Shown in pieces: positions 38,380 through 48,112 of a stretch of DNA of 64,000 nucleotides; the first letter of the stretch is position 1; each line of letters starts with the position of its first letter. Source of the stretch: Parcubacteria group bacterium (lineage in GTDB: Bacteria; Patescibacteriota; Minisyncoccia; Phycocordibacterales; Phycocordibacteraceae); the NCBI GenBank assembly GCA_028286525.1, contig JAQBRL010000016.1, positions 17,924 to 81,923 on the forward strand, written 5' to 3'. Below the pieces are notes generated by a model. The model saw only the letters and a program-made list of their open reading frames with translations, was not told the origin of the DNA and searched no databases. The position numbers and the translations under genes are program-made.

Positions 38380-39735
38380 ATGCAGCGTTTGGATACTCGC
38401 GAGCTTTGGGAATACGTACTGACCCAAGTCGAGCTATCCATTTCTCCCGCCAACTTCAATACCTGGTTCCGCGATAGTTCCATCGTAAAGGTAGAGGACG
38501 GCATCGTGTACGTCGGGGTCCCGAGCCAATTCTTCCGCGACTGGTACCTCAAGAAATTCCATACGCTCCTGCTCAAGATAATCCGTTCGGTGTCCTACGA
38601 GTACCGCAACATCGAGTACGCCATCGTGAAAGATGACCGGCGGAAACCAAAAGAAGCCCGTCGTTCCACGGTCCCGCAGCAGGTGGCGGAGTTGCCGCTC
38701 GATGAGTTCTATATCAATAAGAGCGATAACCTCAATCCCCGCTACACCTTCGACACGTTCGTCGTGGGAGCGTTCAATGACCTTGCGTATACCGCTGCGA
38801 TGGCGGCGATACAGCGCCCAGGCATCACGTACAATCCGTTCTTCATCTATGGGGACACCGGCCGCGGCAAGACCCACCTCATCCAGGCGATAGGGAACCA
38901 ATACAAGAAACTTTATCCGAATCGAAAGGTCTTCTACCTGACGAGCGAGAAATTCGGCACGGACTACACCGATTCGCTTCAAGCGGGTACTGCCAACCGT
39001 TTCAAGGAAAAGTATCGCCAGTACGACCTTTTGATCATGGACGATGTCCAGTTCCTTTCGAAGAAGGAGAAGATGCAGGAAGAGCTCTTCCACCTTTTCA
39101 ATGCGCTCTACGACAACAACAAGCAGATCATTTTCTCGAGCGATCGCTCGCCGCAATCCATCGCGGACATCGCGGACAGGCTGCGGGGACGCTTCCAGAG
39201 CGGTATGACGGTCGATATCGCGGAACCTGATATGGAAAGCCGCATGTCCATCGTCAGGAAAAAGGCCGCATTCCATGGGGTCGTACTCTCCGAAGAGGTC
39301 ATCGAGCACGTGGCGACCTCGGTTTCCGGCTCCATTCGCGAGCTCGAGGGCGTTATCAATTCCATTGTCTGCCATACGCAGGTGAAGGGGGTACCTCCGG
39401 ACCTTGCGGAAGTACGCCAGTCGCTTCGTTCCTTCTCCCGTCCGACAAAAACGGTTTCCGTGAAGCACATCGTCTCGAAAGTGGCGGAATTCTACGGCAT
39501 CGATGAGGAAAGCATCTACGAGAAGACCCGCAGAAGGGAGGTAGTGCGCCCGCGGCAGGTCATCATGTACATATTGCGCGAGGATTTCAGCGTGTCGTAC
39601 CCGACCATCGGTTCCAAGCTCGGGGGGCGCGATCATACGACCGTTATACACTCATGCGAGAAGGTGAAACGGGAGGTCATTCTGGATGCGGAGCTCGCCA
39701 AAGAGATCTCGGACATCCGTGGACTGTTGGTATAA
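38380..39735 (+). CDS. dnaA: chromosomal replication initiator DnaA
   Basis: Walker A GDTGRGKTHL, DnaA box-binding C-terminal helix; ATG 38380 preferred over upstream TTG 38341. Confidence 0.9.
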   Translation: MQRLDTRELWEYVLTQVELSISPANFNTWFRDSSIVKVEDGIVYVGVPSQFFRDWYLKKFHTLLLKIIRSVSYEYRNIEYAIVKDDRRKPKEARRSTVPQQVAELPLDEFYINKSDNLNPRYTFDTFVVGAFNDLAYTAAMAAIQRPGITYNPFFIYGDTGRGKTHLIQAIGNQYKKLYPNRKVFYLTSEKFGTDYTDSLQAGTANRFKEKYRQYDLLIMDDVQFLSKKEKMQEELFHLFNALYDNNKQIIFSSDRSPQSIADIADRLRGRFQSGMTVDIAEPDMESRMSIVRKKAAFHGVVLSEEVIEHVATSVSGSIRELEGVINSIVCHTQVKGVPPDLAEVRQSLRSFSRPTKTVSVKHIVSKVAEFYGIDEESIYEKTRRREVVRPRQVIMYILREDFSVSYPTIGSKLGGRDHTTVIHSCEKVKREVILDAELAKEISDIRGLLV

Positions 39736-39961
39736 CTGGGGAAAAGCTGGGTATAGCGTATGGAAAAGATTGAGGAAAACGAGGGGATAACAGGAGTAAA
39801 AACGGCCCTTATCCCCGGCTCTCTTTTTACCTCTACCGCTATCCCCACGAGCTATGCTACGTTTTCAACAGATTGTGAGAAACCGCTCGCTCGTGCCGCC
39901 CTTCATCTTGGCTTCATAATCGAGTTTTCCCCCTATCAACAGGCCTAATAATAGTATTAGT

Positions 39962-41062
39962 ATGGTTATCACTATAGGAAAGAAAGAATTCGCGGAGGCT
40001 GTGAACACCGCGTCTCGATTTGCAGAACGACGCAGTGCGACGCTCCCCGTTCTCTCAGGAATAGCCATCATCGCGGGGGACGATGGCATCAAGCTGCGTG
40101 CAACGAATCTCGAGACCGGCATCGATCTACGGGTGGAAGGCACCATCAAGGATCCGGGGGTCATCGCGCTTCCGGCGACGGTCTTGCGGGAGATAACCTC
40201 CTCGTTCAGCGGAAGCGGCTCTATGACGCTCGAGCACGCGGGAGAAACCGTCGTCATAACCTCTGATAGCGGCAAGAGCACGCTCAAGACGTTGCCCTAC
40301 GAGGATTTCCCTGTACTCCCTCTTCCCGAGGCTCCTAAGGCGAAATTTTCGGTTGCAGGAGATGCGTTCCGGAATCTCGTCGGCTCGGTCGTCGCCTGCG
40401 CCTCTACGTCGACGGTGCGCCCGGAGCTCGCCAGCGTGCTCATCACCGCTGAAGGGGGTGTCGTGAAGGCGGTCGCCACCGATTCATTTCGTCTCGCCGA
40501 AAAACGCTCGTCGCTCTCGGGAAAACTCCCGCCTTTTTCCATGCTCATTCCCGCCAAGAATGCTCTCGATATACTCCAGGCGCTTCCGGACGAAGAGATA
40601 ACCATCATGCTCGATGATCACCAGTGCGCGTTCTCCTGGAAGGATGGCGTCCTGACGACCCGTCTCGTCGCGAGTACGTATCCGGACTACACGCAGATAA
40701 TCCCGAAATCATTCGTGTCCGAAGCCACGGTACTGCGCAAGGATCTCGAACAAGGGCTGCGTCGTGTGGCCGTATTCTCCGATGCATTCCAAAAAGTGCG
40801 TATCGCATTCTCTCCTGAAGATAAACAGGTCATGCTCGCGGCCCGTAATACGGATATCGGAGAATCAAGCGAGCATATTTCCGCATCGATAACGGGAGAA
40901 GGCATCGAACTCTCGTTCAATCATCGCTATCTTGCAGCTCCCTTAGCGCTCATCGGCGCGGACAGCATCACTATTTCAGCAAGCGGTATCGGGCGCGCCG
41001 CAGTCATCCGAGGCACAGGAGATAATTCGTTCCTCTATCTGGTGATGCCGATGAATCAGTAG
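39962..41062 (+). CDS. dnaN: DNA polymerase III beta sliding clamp
   Basis: 366 aa; three-domain beta-clamp pattern; follows dnaA. Confidence 0.9.
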   Translation: MVITIGKKEFAEAVNTASRFAERRSATLPVLSGIAIIAGDDGIKLRATNLETGIDLRVEGTIKDPGVIALPATVLREITSSFSGSGSMTLEHAGETVVITSDSGKSTLKTLPYEDFPVLPLPEAPKAKFSVAGDAFRNLVGSVVACASTSTVRPELASVLITAEGGVVKAVATDSFRLAEKRSSLSGKLPPFSMLIPAKNALDILQALPDEEITIMLDDHQCAFSWKDGVLTTRLVASTYPDYTQIIPKSFVSEATVLRKDLEQGLRRVAVFSDAFQKVRIAFSPEDKQVMLAARNTDIGESSEHISASITGEGIELSFNHRYLAAPLALIGADSITISASGIGRAAVIRGTGDNSFLYLVMPMNQ

Positions 41063-41065
41063 GGT

Positions 41066-43261
41066 CTACAGCGTCGGAACGGGAAGGGTGGGCGAGATAG
41101 GAGTTACAGGCATGACCGGAATTCCATCGGGCGTAGTAGTCGGAGCAGCTGCGTTGCCGCCATTCCAGGACTGCACCGGATATTCCCACCGGGCGAATTG
41201 AGGGTCACTCCACGGGTTCGTAGGGGGCGGGCCCTGCGGATCGTCTTTATCTACCCAGTACAGGATGTCGTGCACGCCCGTTGCGCCCACATAGGAACCA
41301 CGCAGCGCTGCCGGGGCGGTATCGGGAATAGCGGGCGGTTGCGTAAAGTAGCTTACGGGATATTTTGCGAGCGCGACCGCCATGAATGCGTGCCACATAG
41401 GAGCCACCACATAGCCAGCTATTTCCTTGACCATCGGTTTGTTGTCGTTATTTCCTGCCCAGGTACCCACGACGATGTCGGGCGAGAATCCTATCGTCCA
41501 CACGTCGCGATAATCATTGGTCGTACCGGTCTTTGCGGCTACATCGTATCCATTGAAGTGCAGCGGGTTATCGGCGGAGTATTCAGGAAAGCGTGCCCCG
41601 TTGTCGGAGAGCATGCCGGTCATTTCATGCGCGATATCAGGATTGAGCACCTGTTGCGGCTGCGCCTTATATTCCTCAAGGAGCTTTCCAGTGTTATCAG
41701 CGACCGAAACGATGCCGGTAGGAGGGTTGCGAATGCCATCGTTCGCGAAGACGCCATACGCGCTCGTGATATCGAGCAGACGCACTTCAGCTGCACCGAG
41801 CGCAAACGAGAGTCCATAATCCTTTGCCTGTCCGAGCGTGGTGATACCGAGGGAAGTCGCAAGATTGATAACGTTCTGGATACCCGCGAGATAGAGGGTC
41901 TTGACCGCCGGCACGTTTATCGATTGCGCGAGCGCGGTAGTGAACGTCATAGGACCGCGGAACTTATCATCGAAGTTCGAAGGGGCGTAGCAGGGCGGGG
42001 TGTCGTTGTAATTATCGGATACGGCGCATGCGGTCGAGAACTGCGTCGGAAGATCGAACACGATGGTCTGCGGCGTATAGCCCTTCAATAGAGCGGCCGT
42101 GTAGACGAACGGCTTGAAGGAGGAACCCGGCTGCCGTAGCGAGAGCACATCGTTATAGCTTCCTTGTACCGACGCATCGAAATAATCGCGCGAACCCACC
42201 ATCGCCAGTATCTGGCCGGTCTTGGGGTCTATCGCCACGAGCGCCGCATTGCTCGCATTGAACTTGGCTTGATTCGTGATGGCGTACTGGCTCACGATAG
42301 TCTCTGCGGAGTGCTGCAGATCGATATCGAGCGTCGTGATGACGTTCAATCCGTTGTTGACCGCGTCCGGGCCGTATTTATCCTCGAGGTACTGCTCGAT
42401 ATAGAACACGAAATGCGGCGCGATGATGGAGCCATTCTGCTGGGGGGTAAACGCAACGACCTCGCTCTTGGCCTGCTGATACTGCGCGTCGGTGATATAG
42501 CCCAGTTCCTTCATGCGTGCGAGCACGACGTTCTTACGGGTATCAAGAACGGTACGATTCTGGCCGTAGGGAGAATAGCGCGACGGTGCCTGGGGAAGCG
42601 CGGCGATGTAGGCGGCCTCGGCGAGGTCTACATCCTTTGCGGACTTTCCGAAGAATGCGCGACTGGCTGCTTCGACTCCGTAGAGCGTGCCGCCATAAGG
42701 CGTGTCGTTCAGATAGAACCCCAGTATCTGGTCCTTCGAATAGATCTGCTCGAGTTTGATGGCGAGTATCCATTCATGCACTTTACGGGAGATGCTCTTC
42801 TGCCCTGTAAGCAGGCTATTTTTTACCACCTGCTGCGTGATGGTGGAGCCTCCCTGGTCGAACGAGCCGTGGGTAAGGTCGACGAATATGGACCGGAGGA
42901 TGCCTGTGATGCTGATACCGCCGTGCTTATAGAAATTCGAGTCTTCGATCGCTATGGTCGCCTGCTTGATGTAGGGCGAGATATCCTCGATCGGCACTTG
43001 ATTGCGGCGAATGTCGCGGTTGAGATCGTAGAGGACGGTTTTTCCGGTACGGTCGTATATTTTCGTCGATTGCGTGACTTTCCGGGTGTCGAAAGAATCG
43101 AGGCCAGGGGTAGGGGTAAGAGCTATCCAAAGAATAGTGACGCTCGCGACGAACAGCACCACGCCGAGCGCCATAAAGGCCAGACGCATTGTGGGATGCG
43201 GGTCACGCAGATGCTTACGAATGGCTCCACTGATATCGTGTTTACGCTTCACACGGGACAT
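41066..43261 (-). CDS. class A penicillin-binding protein (transglycosylase/transpeptidase)
   Basis: 731 aa; N-terminal TM, GT51 motifs (EDSNFYKHGG, GGSTITQQ), transpeptidase SSFKPF, SYND-like and KTGT motifs. Confidence 0.85.
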   Translation of the reverse strand: MSRVKRKHDISGAIRKHLRDPHPTMRLAFMALGVVLFVASVTILWIALTPTPGLDSFDTRKVTQSTKIYDRTGKTVLYDLNRDIRRNQVPIEDISPYIKQATIAIEDSNFYKHGGISITGILRSIFVDLTHGSFDQGGSTITQQVVKNSLLTGQKSISRKVHEWILAIKLEQIYSKDQILGFYLNDTPYGGTLYGVEAASRAFFGKSAKDVDLAEAAYIAALPQAPSRYSPYGQNRTVLDTRKNVVLARMKELGYITDAQYQQAKSEVVAFTPQQNGSIIAPHFVFYIEQYLEDKYGPDAVNNGLNVITTLDIDLQHSAETIVSQYAITNQAKFNASNAALVAIDPKTGQILAMVGSRDYFDASVQGSYNDVLSLRQPGSSFKPFVYTAALLKGYTPQTIVFDLPTQFSTACAVSDNYNDTPPCYAPSNFDDKFRGPMTFTTALAQSINVPAVKTLYLAGIQNVINLATSLGITTLGQAKDYGLSFALGAAEVRLLDITSAYGVFANDGIRNPPTGIVSVADNTGKLLEEYKAQPQQVLNPDIAHEMTGMLSDNGARFPEYSADNPLHFNGYDVAAKTGTTNDYRDVWTIGFSPDIVVGTWAGNNDNKPMVKEIAGYVVAPMWHAFMAVALAKYPVSYFTQPPAIPDTAPAALRGSYVGATGVHDILYWVDKDDPQGPPPTNPWSDPQFARWEYPVQSWNGGNAAAPTTTPDGIPVMPVTPISPTLPVPTL

Positions 43262-43314
43262 GCAGGCAATGCTATCACAAAGAACGGCCCCGCGCGGGGC
43301 CGTATCTTCCTATG

Positions 43315-43425
43315 TTAGTCCTCTTCCGGCACGATCGGCGGATCATCCTCGGTCTCTTCGTCATCAAGATCGAGTTCTTCTTCGTCTCCACCGCCGTTCA
43401 CCTCTAGTATTTCGTCGTCAGACAT
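43315..43425 (-). CDS. candidate small acidic protein (36 aa)
   Basis: hand-translated MSDDEILEVNGGGDEEELDLDDEETEDDPPIVPEED; GC-rich hairpin GGCCCCGCGCGGGGCC (43285..43300) lies between it and the PBP gene; weak support. Confidence 0.2.
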   Translation of the reverse strand: MSDDEILEVNGGGDEEELDLDDEETEDDPPIVPEED

Positions 43426-43494
43426 ATATAAATCGCTTTGATTAATGGATGCTCCTCCATTTCAGCAAAACCCTACTACTTTGCAAGTCGTTCT

Positions 43495-43965
43495 CTACCT
43501 GCGTGTGGACAACCCCGCGATGGCGATGGCGATGGCGTCGAACTCGTCGTCCAGGCGTTTTTTTGGCGGCAGCGTCAGAAGTTTGGGCACCATCAGCGCT
43601 ATCGCTTTCTTATCCGCATTCCCATATCCGGTGACAGCGAGCTTTACCGTGCCTGGCGAGAACTCGAGTACCGGGAGTCCTTCCGCACCGATTGCGGAAA
43701 GGACGGCACCGCGCGCCTCGGCCACCGCGAGCGCGGTCTTTTTATTCGTACTGAAATAAAGCGTTTCGAGCGCCACTGCATCAGGCGCATATGCACGTAT
43801 CGCGTCCGTCACCGCGTCCGTCACCGCGGAAAGGCGTTCTTCTGCCGTACCCGCAGCTGGCCTCACGCACTCGCTCCATATGTGCGTCGGGCGGGACGGA
43901 TCGCCTTCGAGCACGGCGAGGCCTAAGCGATCGAAACCTGGATCGATTCCCAGTATCCTACTCAT
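43495..43965 (-). CDS. ruvC: Holliday junction resolvase RuvC
   Basis: MSRILGIDPG start, RNase H-like catalytic pattern; start overlaps yebC stop by 8 nt. Confidence 0.85.
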   Translation of the reverse strand: MSRILGIDPGFDRLGLAVLEGDPSRPTHIWSECVRPAAGTAEERLSAVTDAVTDAIRAYAPDAVALETLYFSTNKKTALAVAEARGAVLSAIGAEGLPVLEFSPGTVKLAVTGYGNADKKAIALMVPKLLTLPPKKRLDDEFDAIAIAIAGLSTRR

Positions 43966-44518
43966 CGCTCGTGGTTTCATACCCGCGCGCGTTCGTGAAT
44001 ACCTGTTGCACATCCTCCTGCTCGTCGAAGAGGGTCAGTAGCTCGCCGAGTTTAGTTTCGTCGTCTCCTGTGACTTCCATCAAGGGCTCGTTCGGTGCGA
44101 AAGAGCCGGCAGGGGACTTGGTAAATGCCCAGAGCGCGCTTCCAGGTGTACCAAGCTCGTACCCGTTCTTCGTGAGTAGGTGCTTTATCTCCTGTGTGGT
44201 GCGGTTACGGTTATCGGTGAGCGCGTCCGCGATGAATGCGACGCCGCCAGGTCCATAGAATTCGTACGTCACTTGCTCGAGCGCAGCAGCGTCTTTGCTC
44301 GTACCTTTGGCGACCGCCCGTTCGATATTATCTTTGGGCATATTGGCCGCTTTGGCGCGCTCGATAGCGGTAGCAAGCCCAGGGGAGGAAAGATTCCCCG
44401 CTGCCTTCTTCGCCTCCACGGTAATGAGACGCGCGAAGCGCGAGAAGGTACGGCTTCTAGCTGCGTCGGTGACGCCTTTCTGCCTCTTTATCTGTGACCA
44501 TTTGCTGTGTCCGCTCAT
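43958..44518 (-). CDS. yebC: YebC/PmpR-family transcriptional regulator
   Basis: MSGHSKWSQIKRQKG signature; 186 aa (shorter than typical). Confidence 0.8.
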   Translation of the reverse strand: MSGHSKWSQIKRQKGVTDAARSRTFSRFARLITVEAKKAAGNLSSPGLATAIERAKAANMPKDNIERAVAKGTSKDAAALEQVTYEFYGPGGVAFIADALTDNRNRTTQEIKHLLTKNGYELGTPGSALWAFTKSPAGSFAPNEPLMEVTGDDETKLGELLTLFDEQEDVQQVFTNARGYETTSDE

Positions 44519-44556
44519 AACATTCACTATAGCAAAACGTCAGAATTCAGACTCAA

Positions 44557-45096
44557 CTATCTATGACGTTCCGTTTCAAGCCAATCGTTGAAGGCAGCGT
44601 AAAATTCTCCATTTATTGCCAAATCGTTATCCACTACTTCTGGACTTTCGTTGGTAATAATTTGAAAGCTTTCCTCAGGAGAATACGTTGTGAGACATGG
44701 AACTCCAATTCTTGTATTGGATTTTCCATCCCATTCAGAGATAGGAAGAATGTTATGTAAGGAAATGTCCCATGTAGCATCAACCTTTATCCATTCGTTC
44801 TCAATTTCCGCTTCAAGGTACGCATGCGTGGAGTCGTCTCCATGTGGAGCTTCTACTACGATAGTGGGCAATGGAATATGGCTCCACTTGAAAGTGCATA
44901 CCCGCCACCGAACACTCAATCCCTGATTTTCCAAACTAGCTTTGAGCTGTTTATGTTTACCAGTACATGAGAAATCAGTTTCCTTCGAGGTTAAAGGGAT
45001 GCGATACGGAATATCTCTAACCCGATAGAATTCTTCGCGAAGAATATTTTCCATTTCAGAATTCTTAACTCTGTAGCAAATATCGTTTCCCCTCAT
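44557..45096 (-). CDS. transglutaminase-like cysteine protease-domain protein in a low-GC segment
   Basis: C-terminal HAYLEAEIENEWIKVDATWD matches TGase-core His/Asp motif (HAW.EV...W..VDPT), candidate Cys in FSCTGKH; alternative start 45054; region GC about 42% versus about 60% around. Confidence 0.45.
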   Translation of the reverse strand: MRGNDICYRVKNSEMENILREEFYRVRDIPYRIPLTSKETDFSCTGKHKQLKASLENQGLSVRWRVCTFKWSHIPLPTIVVEAPHGDDSTHAYLEAEIENEWIKVDATWDISLHNILPISEWDGKSNTRIGVPCLTTYSPEESFQIITNESPEVVDNDLAINGEFYAAFNDWLETERHR

Positions 45097-46048
45097 CAGT
45101 GAGGATACGGCCGCGAGAGGAACGCTCGATGAAACCAAGGCGTAGGAGGTACGGCTCATATACGTTTTCGATGGTATCCGGGTCCTCGTGCATGGAGCTC
45201 GCAAGCGCACGCACGCCAGCAGGACCGCCCTTGAAACCAGTACGAAGCGTTTCGAGATAGCGACGATCGTCTTTCGTGAGCCCGAGCGAGTCGATACCGA
45301 ACAATTGGCACGCCTCGTCGCATACTTCAGGCGTAAGCGGGCGCTCGTGCACCTCGGAAAAATCACGAACGCGCTTGAGAAGGGCATTCGCCACGCGCGG
45401 AGTGGCCCGGCTGCGGCTCGCGATGCGCTCGATAACAGCAGGGGAAGCATCGATACCGAGCTTTTCCGCCGAGCGCGCAATAATTGAGCGCAATTCGTCG
45501 TCGGTATAGAAATCGAGCTGGTACACGCCGCCACCGAAGCGCGAGCGAAGGGGACTTGAAAGCTGCGCCATACGCGTGGTCGCGCCCACGAGCATGAACG
45601 GGGGAAGAGTAAGCTCGACCGTGCGAGCGGAAGGACCTTTTCCGAGAATAATATCGAGCGAGCCGGACTCGAGTGCTGGGTACAGAAGCTCCTCTATCTT
45701 GTGCGAGAGCTGGTGTATCTCGTCGATGAAGAGCACGGTACCTGGCTCAAGGTTCGTGAGGATGGCAGCGAGGTCGCCTGCGCGCTCTATCGCGACCCCT
45801 GACGTGGTCTTCAAGGGTGCCTCGAGCGTGATGGCGACTAGATGGGCGAGCGTGGTCTTGCCGACGCCCGGCGGACCGTAGAAAAGCACGTGCTCGGGCA
45901 TGTCGCCCCGCTTCTTGGCTGCCTGCAGGAGCACTTTGATGTTGGCTTTTACGTGGCCCTGGCCCATGTATTCGTCCCACAAGGTAGGACGAAGCGCCGA
46001 ATCGAGGACGCCATCACGGCTCTTTAGAAGGTCGGGGGTACTTGACAT
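45065..46048 (-). CDS. ruvB: Holliday junction branch-migration helicase RuvB
   Basis: 327 aa; Walker A GPPGVGKTTLA, Walker B LFIDEIH, winged-helix C-domain. Confidence 0.9.
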   Translation of the reverse strand: MSSTPDLLKSRDGVLDSALRPTLWDEYMGQGHVKANIKVLLQAAKKRGDMPEHVLFYGPPGVGKTTLAHLVAITLEAPLKTTSGVAIERAGDLAAILTNLEPGTVLFIDEIHQLSHKIEELLYPALESGSLDIILGKGPSARTVELTLPPFMLVGATTRMAQLSSPLRSRFGGGVYQLDFYTDDELRSIIARSAEKLGIDASPAVIERIASRSRATPRVANALLKRVRDFSEVHERPLTPEVCDEACQLFGIDSLGLTKDDRRYLETLRTGFKGGPAGVRALASSMHEDPDTIENVYEPYLLRLGFIERSSRGRILTDEGKRYLLQS

Positions 46049-46296
46049 AAAATCGTACTATGCTAGTATTCTAGCACACGAGGGTTGGCCTTGTGAGGAC
46101 CTTTCTCACGGGGCTTTTTCTTTGCTCCATACATTTTCCTGAATAGTACCCTCTAGGCAAGGCTTGACGGCTTAGGGCGTCTCCCCAAGGATCAATCGGT
46201 ACCACGCTTGTACGTGGAGCGCTGACTGTCTCCTCAGGCGTTTCGTTCACCTTCTGCTTGCAGAAGGAGTGCCTGGAGGGTACTGCGCAGGAATGC

Positions 46297-46330
46297 AGCA
46301 AAAATCACCGCTTTCGCGGTGATTTTTGCT
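46297..46330. terminator. rho-independent terminator GCAAAAATCACCGC-TTTC-GCGGTGATTTTTGC
   Basis: perfect 14-bp arms just downstream of pilB-like gene stop (46342). Confidence 0.6.
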
Positions 46331-46341
46331 TTGATTTCGCT

Positions 46342-48021
46342 CTATTCGCGAGGAAGATCGACAACTCGAAACACCTCTTCGAGGGAAGTAACTCCGTTCA
46401 GCGCCTTGATGACCCCATCCTGCGCCATCGTGAGAAAACCTTGGCGCTGCACTTCTTTCGCTATCTCGCCTTCGCTCGGGTTCGTTCGCAGGAATGCACC
46501 AAGTGCTTCGTCCATGAATATCGCCTCATACAGTCCGACGCGTCCCTTGTAGCCCGCGTCTCCATCAGGAACCCAGGTCATCTCGAGCGAAGTGGGGAGG
46601 AGTGCTTTGTCTTCTACAGTGGAAAGTATTTTTTCTACGAGTGCGCGCTGTTCGCCCGCAAGCGGTACCTGTTTCTTTTTTTCTGGATCGAGCATGCGCA
46701 CCAGACGCTGCGCCATGGCGATAGTGATAGCGGATGCGAAAGAAGTGGAATCGACACCCAGATCCACCAGACGGGGGAATGTTCCCGCGGCGTTGTTCGT
46801 GTGAAGCGTAGAAAAGACGAAGTGCCCGGTGAGCGCCGCTTGGATGGCGGTTTCCGCCACCTCCGCGTCGCGGATCTCGCCCACCATGATGACATCCGGG
46901 TCCTGCCGCAGGATGGAGCGAAGCCCTGAAGCGAAGGTGTACTGCTTCTCATCGGTCTGGGTCTGTACGATTCCCGGAAGATGGTATTCGATGGGGTCCT
47001 CGATGGTGATTATCTTGATATCCGGCGTATGGATATGGCGCAGGAAGGTATAGAGCGTCGTGGTCTTTCCGGAGCCGGTAGGACCTGTCGTCAGCAGCAT
47101 GCCGTTCGGGCGCTTTATCTCGGTCTCGAGCTTCGCGAGGAGTTTCGGATGGATACCGAGGCTGTCGAAGGTGACCTGTATCGATTCAGGGTTCAGGATG
47201 CGAAGCACTACCGACTCGCCGTACCCGCCTGGGATAAGCGACGTGCGTATCTCTATCTCGCTTCCGCCGATGTTGACCGAGAAACGGCCATCTTGCGCAC
47301 GATTGTCGACGTTCAGCTTGAGACCCGAGAGGAGCTTGATGCGCGAAGCGATACCGTGATACGTGTGTGCGTCGAATACATAGGCATCCACCAATATGCC
47401 GTCGAGGCGCAAACGCAGCCGCACCTCGTTCTCCTCCGGCTCGATGTGCACATCGGATGCGCGCATCGCGAAGGCCGCAGCGAGTATTTCCTCGAGGAGC
47501 TGCGAGGTCCGCGCGTGCTTCTTATCCGCGAGCAGGGCATCGAGATGCATTTTAAAATCACCGACCGTCGAAAGCTTCGTCTCGAGCGCCGCAAGCTCTT
47601 CTCCTTCGAGCCGGAACACTCCCGCCTCGCTTCCAAGCGCGAGGGAAAGGTCCGCATACCGCTCGAGCGCGTGGTCGATGCTTTTCTTCGAGGCCATGAA
47701 GCTGTCGACGATGAAATTCTGGTCCTGGAACTCCTTCAGGAGCGCGATGGCATGCGGATTCTGCGGGCTATGCATCGCGACCGAGAGATGCTTGCCGTTC
47801 TTATCGAAGGCGACCGCTTCAGCTTCGCGAGCCTTCTCTTCCGGTAGGAGACGGAGCGCATCCATGTTGATAGGGACGATAGTGAGATCGGTGTACGTGG
47901 CGCCGTATTTTTCCGAGAGGATACGGGCAAGGTCCTCTTCCTCGCGCTCGCGTATCGCCGCGAGCTTATCGTCCTCGGCGTCCGTGTTGAATGGGGTGTT
48001 CATATGGCTTGTATAGGCCAT
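46342..48021 (-). CDS. second GspE/PilB-family secretion ATPase paralog
   Basis: 559 aa from MAYTSHMNTPF; GspE N-domain, Walker A TTGPTGSGKTTTLY, VGEIRD; ORF-track start 48318 is an upstream in-frame extension lacking a promoter. Confidence 0.8.
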   Translation of the reverse strand: MAYTSHMNTPFNTDAEDDKLAAIREREEEDLARILSEKYGATYTDLTIVPINMDALRLLPEEKAREAEAVAFDKNGKHLSVAMHSPQNPHAIALLKEFQDQNFIVDSFMASKKSIDHALERYADLSLALGSEAGVFRLEGEELAALETKLSTVGDFKMHLDALLADKKHARTSQLLEEILAAAFAMRASDVHIEPEENEVRLRLRLDGILVDAYVFDAHTYHGIASRIKLLSGLKLNVDNRAQDGRFSVNIGGSEIEIRTSLIPGGYGESVVLRILNPESIQVTFDSLGIHPKLLAKLETEIKRPNGMLLTTGPTGSGKTTTLYTFLRHIHTPDIKIITIEDPIEYHLPGIVQTQTDEKQYTFASGLRSILRQDPDVIMVGEIRDAEVAETAIQAALTGHFVFSTLHTNNAAGTFPRLVDLGVDSTSFASAITIAMAQRLVRMLDPEKKKQVPLAGEQRALVEKILSTVEDKALLPTSLEMTWVPDGDAGYKGRVGLYEAIFMDEALGAFLRTNPSEGEIAKEVQRQGFLTMAQDGVIKALNGVTSLEEVFRVVDLPRE

Positions 48022-48053
48022 GATAGCACCGCTTCTTGAGCTGGATGGGGGAC

Positions 48054-48083
48054 TTGACAATCTGCTATATTGTGCGCTATAAT
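48054..48083 (+). promoter_or_regulatory. near-consensus sigma70 promoter TTGACA-18-TATAAT
   Basis: followed by AAGGAGA RBS and ATG at 48113. Confidence 0.55.
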
Positions 48084-48112
48084 ATAGATTGCAACAACAA
48101 GGAGATACCTCG

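Noticed and set aside
44557-45534. Full 325-aa ORF including the N-terminal 150 aa overlapping ruvB
   Set aside because: The upstream part overlaps ruvB on the same strand in another frame and is Ser/Arg-rich. Only the low-GC downstream portion has a recognisable domain.
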